Of a stretch of DNA of 64,000 bases, positions 56,043 to 63,791 are shown piece after piece. The notes beneath the pieces were generated by a model that ran no database searches, had not been told where the DNA came from, and was given only the letters and a program-made list of their open reading frames with translations. The stretch spans positions 164-64,163 of the forward strand of contig JAKITO010000016.1 in assembly GCA_021648025.1 (NCBI GenBank), written 5' to 3'. The translations under genes were made by a program, and so were the position numbers. The stretch is from Paracoccaceae bacterium. GTDB taxonomy: Bacteria; Pseudomonadota; Alphaproteobacteria; Rhodobacterales; Rhodobacteraceae. Numbering within the stretch: the stretch's first letter is position 1; every line of letters begins with the position of its first letter.

Positions 56043-57629
56043 ATGGCAATAACCCTCCCTCTTGATCCCGGCGCCACCTCGGCCGCAGATGATGCGTTTT
56101 ATGCGAAGTATCCAGATATGGTGGACGAGAACGGTCAGCGCATTCCACTCGACCCAGATAATCCGGATCATGACGCGATGTGCGCTGATTGGATCGATAT
56201 GTACCAAACGGAGCTGAGCGGACAGGAGGACCCACCAGAAGACGACACGCCCGATGACACGCCCGATGACACGCCCGATGACACGCCCGATGACGGCGAC
56301 ACGGACGATGATTCGCCAGACGACGATGACGGCGACGATGACGTGCCGGGCGGAGATCACCCCGAAGATAATCCCTGTCAGGAGTGCGGTGAAGAAGACG
56401 AAGAGGACATGCCTGAAGAGCCTTCGGTCACCATTCGCATCAGCGTGTTCTTTGACGGCACCGGCAATAACCGCGCCAATGTGGGAACCGAATTTTCCGG
56501 AGCCGGTGAATCCAATGTGTCCAAGATGGAGCGCTGCTGTCGTTCCAGCCATCCTGATTTCGACCATTATGAACCGATCTATATTGAGGGTATCGGGACT
56601 GCAGATGGTGAGGCCGACCACGCGTGGGATTCCGGTACCGGATTGGGTGATACAGGTGTGGTCGCCAAAGTAGATCGCGGCATAGAACTGTTGCTGCAAG
56701 CCGTGGACAGCTTTGGTGTGGGCGAGCCTGTGACAAAATTCTGCATCGACGCCAGTGGCTTTAGCCGAGGCTCGGCGGCTGCGCGCAATTTCATCTGGCG
56801 CATGATGAACGAAACGGGATTGACGCTGCAGGAACGCGTCAGCGGGCGCATCGATCTTCAATGCGACATTGAAGTAGAGTTTATTGGCCTCTTTGACACC
56901 GTATCGTCCTATGGCATGAATCACGAAAACGATGTCAGAGAGCTTAACCTCGACGGCATTTATATGGCCGATACGATTGTCCAAATTGCCGCCGCAGAAG
57001 AGCACAGGAAGAATTTCCAGCTCACAACCATTCGTTCGGGCACGCAGATATTTGTGCCGGGTGTGCATTCTGATGTTGGCGGAGGCTATGCAGTTGGCGA
57101 GCGCGAGACCGACCACCAGCTGGTCGATATCGACGTCATGTGGTCGGGCGATGAGGAAAATGCTATGTTTGTCCGCGAACGTCAATGGTTTGAGGAGCGT
57201 GGCTGGTTCGATGATGGCGAAATCCAGGAGGTCGATAGCTGGAATCAACTAAAGGGTACACGCGGCCCGCTCACCAATTTTTACAGTCGGATTCCTCTGC
57301 ACCTGATGGTAGAGCGCGCGCGCCCCGCCGGTATCCCCTTTCTTGGAACGATCCATGACGGCGACTGCACCATCAACTCGGTCACGGATGCGGGGCAGAA
57401 ATCTGTGCTGACCCGCGCGAATGCTGAAATCCGAGCGGCCATCGGCACCAACAAATGCAGAGTGGCCTCGGGCTGGTTGAATTCCACCGATGAATGGCAC
57501 AGAGCGCTGCGGCACGAACATTTGCACCTGTCCGCGCGGTACGGTGACAGCGCAGGCGCACATCAGCCGAACTGGTCGACAGGGGATCCGATAGTTGGTG
57601 CGCGCGTCCGAGGAACAAACATTGGATAA
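56043..57629 (+). CDS. Tle1-like alpha/beta-hydrolase (DUF2235) putative phospholipase effector with an acidic repeat linker
   Basis: 528 aa from ATG 56043, behind GGAAG (the track start at 56010 is a GTG). It has the DUF2235/Tle1 motifs VFFDGTGNN, nucleophile elbow SGFSRGSAAAR (GxSxG), GLFDTVSS and PGVHSDVGGGY. Confidence 0.8.
   Translation: MAITLPLDPGATSAADDAFYAKYPDMVDENGQRIPLDPDNPDHDAMCADWIDMYQTELSGQEDPPEDDTPDDTPDDTPDDTPDDGDTDDDSPDDDDGDDDVPGGDHPEDNPCQECGEEDEEDMPEEPSVTIRISVFFDGTGNNRANVGTEFSGAGESNVSKMERCCRSSHPDFDHYEPIYIEGIGTADGEADHAWDSGTGLGDTGVVAKVDRGIELLLQAVDSFGVGEPVTKFCIDASGFSRGSAAARNFIWRMMNETGLTLQERVSGRIDLQCDIEVEFIGLFDTVSSYGMNHENDVRELNLDGIYMADTIVQIAAAEEHRKNFQLTTIRSGTQIFVPGVHSDVGGGYAVGERETDHQLVDIDVMWSGDEENAMFVRERQWFEERGWFDDGEIQEVDSWNQLKGTRGPLTNFYSRIPLHLMVERARPAGIPFLGTIHDGDCTINSVTDAGQKSVLTRANAEIRAAIGTNKCRVASGWLNSTDEWHRALRHEHLHLSARYGDSAGAHQPNWSTGDPIVGARVRGTNIG
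56244..56291 (+). repeat. Perfect 4 x 12-nt in-frame tandem repeat
   Basis: GACACGCCCGAT x4 encodes (DTPD)4 inside the effector's acidic linker. Confidence 0.95.
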
Positions 57630-58653
57630 GCGCTTCAAAGCCGTCCTTGCCGTGGGCTTGTTTGTCACGACGGCCTTGATCTTGATAACGTCAATATTGA
57701 TCGCATTTGAGGATTCGAACGACATGACTGAAGTCTATTGGACCCCCGCCATTTCTGCCCATGAAGCCTATCCCGCGGAACTTTTGCTTGGCAGCTTCGA
57801 GGACGCGAACGGAAACAAGATTGACTTGAGGGCTGGCAAGCCCATTAACTCGGGCTGGGGGTCAGCAACTGGCCTTGCAGATATTGGCCCGGCGGTCAAA
57901 GCTCTGCCAATCTACCTCGACCTTCAGTATTTCTCTTACGCCGAAGATAAATTCTATGGCCGCAAACTGGACTTGTCCACGGTTGAATTGACAAAGCTAT
58001 TCGAGGCCGGGTTCGCCAACCAGAGATCCGGAAAGCAGGGCCAGTACGATACTCTTATCGTCGGGCTTGGGGCGGGAGGGAATGTCTCTCTTTGGGTGGC
58101 CGGAGACCGCCATGTTCACCAGGTGAGCACCTTCGAGGTCCCGCAAATAGATGTCGCGTGGGAGGATTTTCGTCCGTCTTCGCTGCATACTCGACCGGAT
58201 TTTATTAAGATGGTCATGTCTGATCTGGATTATAGCGGAAATGCGCAAGACAGCCCGGATCGATTTGCAAAATTCAAACGCCAATATCCTTGGGCCGTCG
58301 AAATTGTCAGTGACGGGCCGGTTGGAGAATTGCGCCTGAATTACCTCAATGGCGAGCGTGACTTTTTCAATTTCATGCGGCCCTTTACCTTCCGAAGCAC
58401 GCTCGGCGCGCCGCTGAACGCGCGTCTCACGTGGTCCGGGACTGACGGTGGTAAATATGTCGCCAATATCACCTTTGACATCGCAGAGACACTGGCCGCG
58501 TATGAAACGCTCGCGGATGGTGGCGCAGGCAAGCTGCGCCTGGAGCTTCGCATTGCTGATACGAACCGAAGCGTGCTTGTGGCGTTACGGGATGACCAGC
58601 GGTTCTACGAATTCGAACAGGCGTCAATCCAGGTGTTCCGGCGCAAGAATTGA
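57595..58653 (+). CDS. Membrane-anchored protein, putative cognate immunity (DUF2931-like motifs)
   Basis: About 343-352 aa. The start is ambiguous (TTG 57595, GTG 57598 or TTG 57622), and all three overlap the effector's 3' end. The N-terminal TM segment is FKAVLAVGLFVTTALILITSILIAF. ..LPIYLDLQYFSYAEDKFY.. and ..LIVGLGAGGNVSLWVAG.. resemble DUF2931 proteins that follow DUF2235 genes, from recollection. Confidence 0.6.
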   Translation: MVRASEEQTLDKRFKAVLAVGLFVTTALILITSILIAFEDSNDMTEVYWTPAISAHEAYPAELLLGSFEDANGNKIDLRAGKPINSGWGSATGLADIGPAVKALPIYLDLQYFSYAEDKFYGRKLDLSTVELTKLFEAGFANQRSGKQGQYDTLIVGLGAGGNVSLWVAGDRHVHQVSTFEVPQIDVAWEDFRPSSLHTRPDFIKMVMSDLDYSGNAQDSPDRFAKFKRQYPWAVEIVSDGPVGELRLNYLNGERDFFNFMRPFTFRSTLGAPLNARLTWSGTDGGKYVANITFDIAETLAAYETLADGGAGKLRLELRIADTNRSVLVALRDDQRFYEFEQASIQVFRRKN

Positions 58654-58659
58654 GCGGTG

Positions 58660-59148
58660 CTAGCGTCTGAACCTGACCCGTTTGAGCGACGGATCCAACC
58701 GTCGCGCCGCATCGAAATTGACAATACGGCGTTCCTCACTCCACCTATTGGCGCGCAAGAGCATCCGCGCATAGCTGCCGGGATCGTCGTCAAACGCCAA
58801 GTCTATCTTCATAAGTGCTAATTTTTGAAAGCTGGCCACAGTCTTGATGTTGTGGGCTTTTGCAAATTTGACGGTGTGTTGTACGTGCTCATCAATCTGC
58901 GCCTCTGACTGTTCCGCCGCCCAAGTGGGTCGTTTTTCCCGCAAAAAAGCAATCGTATCCTGCACAAAGTCGTTGCTGAACGCGTCTGCAAAGGTGCTGA
59001 ATTGGTGAATGTCAAACTTTAGCACCTCAGGCCCTTTCGAGATGTTACTTGGGTTTCTCGCACGCTGTTGATCACGGCAGAACAAAACTCTGTTGAATTC
59101 ACAGGAATGGCTACAAATCGTGTACCGCAAAATTTGATTTCGCGCCAC
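58660..59148 (-). CDS. Hypothetical protein
   Basis: The track ORF is 162 aa from GTG 59148. An internal GTG at 59025, behind AAGGG, would give 121 aa and remove the Cys-rich, non-protein-like N-terminus. The core is FSTFADAFSNDFVQDTIAFLREKRP...HNIKTVASFQKLALMKIDLAFDDDP... Confidence 0.45.
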   Translation of the reverse strand: MARNQILRYTICSHSCEFNRVLFCRDQQRARNPSNISKGPEVLKFDIHQFSTFADAFSNDFVQDTIAFLREKRPTWAAEQSEAQIDEHVQHTVKFAKAHNIKTVASFQKLALMKIDLAFDDDPGSYARMLLRANRWSEERRIVNFDAARRLDPSLKRVRFRR

Positions 59149-59175
59149 GGCTGTGCAGCATTTGATTTCAAAATT

Positions 59176-60156
59176 CTACTTCTTTTTTTGAATTGATTGG
59201 TAGAGATGAACTGCACTGTCGCCATCTATAATGAGACCTTTAATAGCACCGCTTCTCAGAATTGCCATGGTAGCACTAAGTTTCCTGCGGCCAGCCGAAA
59301 GCACGATGGTTTTTGTTCTTGCCAAGAGTGTCAATCCAATAGCGACTATACGGCGATTGAGATCATGATCAACGGTTTTACCATTCTGATCAAAGAAGAT
59401 ACCATTGGTATCACCGACGGCACCTAAGTCGCGTAGGGTTGTGACCTCTTCTTCGCTGATCATATTCTGAGTTCTTAAGAGTGAGGTCTCCGTCAGCTCG
59501 CCAACAGAGACAAATGCGAGGTCAGCCCGTTTGGCAAGCTCCATCGTCTCCGAAATCCCCCTTTGAGAAAGAAACACCTCTCGGTCGCTTTCGCTATCGG
59601 CTATGAAAGGTGCAGGCAAAAAATATCCCTCTGCCCCAGTTGCTTGGGCAATGGCATGAACAACTTCGAAGGGGTTGAAGGAAGAATTGCTGGTCAGTGA
59701 ACCCATCAAGCTAAAAAACTTTGCGTTTGGGGCTGCAATGCCAGACAGGTTTCGGCTGACGTGCTCCAGTGTTCGGCCCCATCCAGTCCCCACGATCAGC
59801 TCTGGGTTTGCTGTCAACCGGTCGCGAAGATACTGTGCGGCAGCCGCCCCGACCATACTGAAGACAATTCGAGCTTCGGTGCTGGCATCTACTTCCGATA
59901 AACCAATTTTTGGGGTTGTAAGGCAGAACTCAAGCCCGAACTCAGCTCGAATTGCCTCTTCTTCAGCAAGAAGGCCAACATCACGTTCATTGATAACAAT
60001 GGAAACTAAGCCGGTATCTCGAGCTTGGGACAACAGCTTGTTTACGCGTGCTCGTGTCAAACCCATGCGTTTAGATGTGGCCTCCTGGTTGAGACCGCCA
60101 ACATAGTAAAGCCAGGCGGCTCGGGTCATTTGTTGGTTATCAGACAACATATTCAT
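59176..60156 (-). CDS. SorC-family sugar-binding transcriptional regulator
   Basis: 326 aa with the N-terminal HTH ..AAWLYYVGGLNQEATSKRMGLTRARVNKLLSQARDTGLVSI.. and a SorC sugar-binding domain. Confidence 0.85.
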   Translation of the reverse strand: MNMLSDNQQMTRAAWLYYVGGLNQEATSKRMGLTRARVNKLLSQARDTGLVSIVINERDVGLLAEEEAIRAEFGLEFCLTTPKIGLSEVDASTEARIVFSMVGAAAAQYLRDRLTANPELIVGTGWGRTLEHVSRNLSGIAAPNAKFFSLMGSLTSNSSFNPFEVVHAIAQATGAEGYFLPAPFIADSESDREVFLSQRGISETMELAKRADLAFVSVGELTETSLLRTQNMISEEEVTTLRDLGAVGDTNGIFFDQNGKTVDHDLNRRIVAIGLTLLARTKTIVLSAGRRKLSATMAILRSGAIKGLIIDGDSAVHLYQSIQKKK

Positions 60157-60307
60157 GACACCTAGAATACCTGTTTGGTCCCGTGATGCAATCTATTGCA
60201 ACGGACAAATGTAACTGAACTGGACATATGTAATTTTTGTAGTTAGGATTTCTCCTAGTCCTTGATGAACATGGGCAAAAACGACTTAACGACTTAGGGA
60301 GGTCACT

Positions 60308-61237
60308 ATGAATAAACTTTCGATCGCGGTTGTTGCCGCAGCGTTGACAATTGGCGCACCAGCTCTTGCTCTAGATATTGCTTGGGTTCAATCCAGCGCT
60401 GCGTCTCAATCAGAACAACGCGTAAAAGCCGGCTTTGAAGCTTGGCTTGCTGAGAGCGGAAACGACTGGAGTATCAGCTATCTCGATTCTCAGGGATCGG
60501 GTGATGCGATTGCATCCAACATTCAAAACGCGACCGCGCGGGGCGTTGACGCTATCGTTGTGACGATGGCCGATCTTCGTGCATCTACTGCGGCGATTTC
60601 CGAAGCTGCCGCTGCCGGAGTCCCAATTTTCTCAGTTGACTCGGGCTTCGTGAAAGGCGCGCTCGTTGATATCACAACCAACAATTGGGCAATGTCGGCA
60701 AACGTTTCACCCTACCTTCTTGACCAGCTCGGTGGTCAAGGTAACATCATTTTCCTACGTATGGCATCGCACCATGGTACGCGCAAACGTAGCGATGTGA
60801 TGGAAGATGTCCTTAGGGAATATGGCGACATTAATGTACTTGCTATGCATGACATCGACATCACGGCCTTCTTTGAGGATACAACCAACCAGATGCAGGA
60901 CTATGTTGTACGCTTTGGTGAAGACATTGACGCGGTTTGGGCACCTTGGGATGAGCCCGCGCAAGCCGCTATCAATGTTTTGAAAGCCGCAGGTCTGACC
61001 GACGTTAAGGTCATCGGCATCGATGGGCACCCGCAAGCTGTTGCAGAAGTCTGCAAAGAAGGCAGCATGATGATCGCAACTGTGTCGCAGCCGTTTGAAG
61101 GCATGGGCGGGCTAGTTGCAGGTTGGATTTCGGACATAGTCGTTGATGGCAAGGATGCCGCATCAGTGATACCGTCCGATACTGTCTACATGGATGCTCC
61201 GCTGGTTACCAAAGAAAACTGCGCAGACTTTATGTAG
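60308..61237 (+). CDS. Sugar ABC transporter substrate-binding protein (RbsB-like)
   Basis: 309 aa behind GGGAGG, with a signal peptide MNKLSIAVVAALTIGAPALA and a periplasmic-binding-protein type I fold. Confidence 0.8.
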   Translation: MNKLSIAVVAAALTIGAPALALDIAWVQSSAASQSEQRVKAGFEAWLAESGNDWSISYLDSQGSGDAIASNIQNATARGVDAIVVTMADLRASTAAISEAAAAGVPIFSVDSGFVKGALVDITTNNWAMSANVSPYLLDQLGGQGNIIFLRMASHHGTRKRSDVMEDVLREYGDINVLAMHDIDITAFFEDTTNQMQDYVVRFGEDIDAVWAPWDEPAQAAINVLKAAGLTDVKVIGIDGHPQAVAEVCKEGSMMIATVSQPFEGMGGLVAGWISDIVVDGKDAASVIPSDTVYMDAPLVTKENCADFM

Positions 61238-61308
61238 TTCTCCCAGTGGGCGGCGTTAGTCGCGCCGCCTACACCTTCAAGTTTCTTCAGTAAGTGGAGG
61301 CTGGCCCA

Positions 61309-62808
61309 ATGAGTGTAATACTCAGCGATATTGTCATGGATTTTCCAGGCACCCGTGCAATTGATGGTGTTTCGTGTGAAATTCGTCTGGACGAGGTCCA
61401 CGGGCTGATTGGCGAAAACGGCGCCGGCAAGTCGACGTTGATGAGTATTCTGGCGGGTGTTCAGGCGCCTTCGTCAGGTGTGATGCAGCTCGACGGGAAG
61501 CCGCTGGAACTAAAGTCGTCTGGTGATGCGCTTTCGGAAGGAATTGCGCTTGTCAGTCAAGAGGGCAGCCTTGTGCAGTCTCTGTCTGGCGCAGATAATA
61601 TTTTGCTTGGCGACGAGCCGCGGCGCTTTGGATATTTGCGCCAAACGATGCTGAATAGTCGTGCAACAGAACTTATGGCCGAGTGGTTTCCTGATGTTGA
61701 AATTGATCTGAGCATTCCTGTTCAGATGTTGGATATGGCCGACCAAAAGGTCATCGAGATTGTGCGGGCGCTGAGGCGGGATGTGCGCCTGGTGATTCTG
61801 GATGAGCCAACGGCCACGCTTCAGGCGCAGGAAAAAGAACAGCTATGGAGGATTATCCGACGCTTGCCGGAGAGAGGCGTCGGTGTCGTTCTTATTAGCC
61901 ATTTTCTGTCGGAAGTTAAGGAATTATCTGACCGGATCACCGTCCTAAGAGATGGCCGCAAAGTGGCTACGCGAGTAGCCGCGGAAATTGGTATCTCGGA
62001 CATGGTGAATATGATGCTTCAGCGCGGCGTGACTGGCGACGATGAACAGCGAAGCAAGTTTCCTGAGGCTGCCGCGCCTGTACTTTCCGTATCCGACTGG
62101 CGGGTGGGGGCGGTGTCAGTAGATGACTTCTTGATCTGCCCGGGTGAAGTGGTGGGACTTATAGGCCTTACCGGAGCAGGGCACTTTGATTTTGCAAGAT
62201 CGCTTTTTAGTGGATCAGGTCTCACTTCTGGAAATCTGAACTTTGCCGGAAAGAAGATCCCCAAACCGAGGCCTAGGTTAATGCAAAATCTGGGAATGGG
62301 CTTTGTCCCTGACAACCGAATGGAAAATGCTCTGTTGGCTGAGGGCACAATCCGTGAAAATTTATCGCTTGTTCACCCAGAGGCCGGGCTGCGCGCGGGC
62401 CTTCTGAGTCCAATAAAAGAAAAAACGGAGTCCCGAAGAGTAATTGGTGAATTGAACATTCGGGCAAACGGCACAGAGCAGACGATAAAAACACTATCGG
62501 GCGGCAATAAGCAGAAAGTTAGCTTTGGAAAGTGGCTTTATGGAGCAGCCGACCGGTATCGGTTACTGATTTTTATCGAACCCACTGAGGGCGTTGATAT
62601 TGGGGCTAAGCAAGAGATTTACACCCATATCCGAGGCCTCGCAGAGAACGGTGTAGCCGTCATCATTGCATCGTCGGATCTCATGGAAATTGAGAAAATA
62701 ACACACAGAGTTGTACCCTTTTCTGGCGGAAGCCCAGGAAAAGAAATCCAATCAAACGACTATTCGGAGGCGCGATTTATTGCGGCGATGACAGGGGAAA
62801 CAATATGA
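61309..62808 (+). CDS. Sugar ABC transporter ATP-binding protein (two fused ABC domains)
   Basis: About 499 aa from ATG 61309, behind GGAGG. It has Walker A GENGAGKST, Walker B ILDEPT and a degenerate second domain with LSGGNKQK. Confidence 0.85.
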   Translation: MSVILSDIVMDFPGTRAIDGVSCEIRLDEVHGLIGENGAGKSTLMSILAGVQAPSSGVMQLDGKPLELKSSGDALSEGIALVSQEGSLVQSLSGADNILLGDEPRRFGYLRQTMLNSRATELMAEWFPDVEIDLSIPVQMLDMADQKVIEIVRALRRDVRLVILDEPTATLQAQEKEQLWRIIRRLPERGVGVVLISHFLSEVKELSDRITVLRDGRKVATRVAAEIGISDMVNMMLQRGVTGDDEQRSKFPEAAAPVLSVSDWRVGAVSVDDFLICPGEVVGLIGLTGAGHFDFARSLFSGSGLTSGNLNFAGKKIPKPRPRLMQNLGMGFVPDNRMENALLAEGTIRENLSLVHPEAGLRAGLLSPIKEKTESRRVIGELNIRANGTEQTIKTLSGGNKQKVSFGKWLYGAADRYRLLIFIEPTEGVDIGAKQEIYTHIRGLAENGVAVIIASSDLMEIEKITHRVVPFSGGSPGKEIQSNDYSEARFIAAMTGETI

Positions 62809-63779
62809 TAATTGAGACAACGGCAGCACAAAAACCGAAACTGAAGAGTGATTGGCTGTTGCGATACTCAACGCTGATCGTTTTAGGGGCGATGTTCCTG
62901 GGGTTTTCACTCTTCGTGGATCGGTTTCTAACCGTTGTTAATTTGGCGAATATTATGCAACAGATCTCCATCCTGGGGATCGTTGGCGCCGGACTGACAT
63001 TTGGTTTTGCGGCCAAGGAAATCGATTTGTCTGTCGGTTTCACTCTGGGCTTGGCGGGAATATTGACGCCATTATTGCTGGTCAACGACTATGGTTTGCT
63101 TGTTGCATTTACAGCATCGATCAGTGCCGGACTATTGGTTGGTTTGGCCAATGGGCTTCTTGTCACAAAAGTAGGCATACCGTCGCTGATCACCACGCTC
63201 GCGATGGGTTCGATATTATACGGCGTCAACTTCTCCATCACAGGGGGGCGCGCAATCTATGGGGGGTTGCCAGAAGCCTATACGTGGTTAGGTCAAGGGC
63301 GCATTGGGGGCTTTCCGGTGCTTGCGTTTTTCATGTTGGGCGCCGTTGGGATCGCATGGGTTGCAATGGAGCGGACGGTGTTTGGCAGGTATATTTATGC
63401 CGTTGGCGGCAATCAGAAAGCAGCAGAACTTTCAGGTATCAAAGTAGATTTCTACAGAATTGCATCCTTGGTGCTTGTCGCGGTCTTTGCGGCAGTTGCG
63501 GGAATCTTGCTCGCGTCGCGCCTTGGCTCTGGGCAACCAAATGTGGGTGAACGATTTCTTCTTGATGGACTGGCCACAGTCTTTATTGGAATGACGATGT
63601 TCCGACCAGGAACCGCAACCATCCTCGGCACCTTTTGTGGCGCTCTCTTTATCGGAGTTATCAACAATGGGTTGAATTTGATGGGCATGGATACGTTTAT
63701 CCAATCCATGGTCAAGGGCGTCATCATTCTTGTTGCCGTCGCCGTGGTTTCCCGAACAACTAAATTGACCATTATTTAA
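62805..63779 (+). CDS. Sugar ABC transporter permease (RbsC/BPD-2 type)
   Basis: 324 aa and polytopic, with ..GEIDLSVG..-like KEIDLSVGF and ..YIYAVGGNQKAAELSGI... Confidence 0.85.
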   Translation: MIIETTAAQKPKLKSDWLLRYSTLIVLGAMFLGFSLFVDRFLTVVNLANIMQQISILGIVGAGLTFGFAAKEIDLSVGFTLGLAGILTPLLLVNDYGLLVAFTASISAGLLVGLANGLLVTKVGIPSLITTLAMGSILYGVNFSITGGRAIYGGLPEAYTWLGQGRIGGFPVLAFFMLGAVGIAWVAMERTVFGRYIYAVGGNQKAAELSGIKVDFYRIASLVLVAVFAAVAGILLASRLGSGQPNVGERFLLDGLATVFIGMTMFRPGTATILGTFCGALFIGVINNGLNLMGMDTFIQSMVKGVIILVAVAVVSRTTKLTII

Positions 63780-63791
63780 GGCACAAAGCAC

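Noticed and set aside
56001-57248. A 415-aa minus-strand ORF containing (VIGR)n repeats.
   Set aside because: It is the antisense image of the Tle1-like gene, and the VIGR repeat is just the reverse reading of the DTPD repeat. The plus-strand frame carries the full catalytic motif set, so it is the real gene.
41999-59175. The idea that everything from tRNA-Lys to the effector island is one tRNA-integrated genomic island.
   Set aside because: I saw no integrase and no direct repeat of the tRNA 3' end by eye. The GntR/TRAP/Ehu/molybdoenzyme genes have core-like high GC. Only the scar at 42.0-42.6 kb and the block from 54.6 kb onward look foreign.
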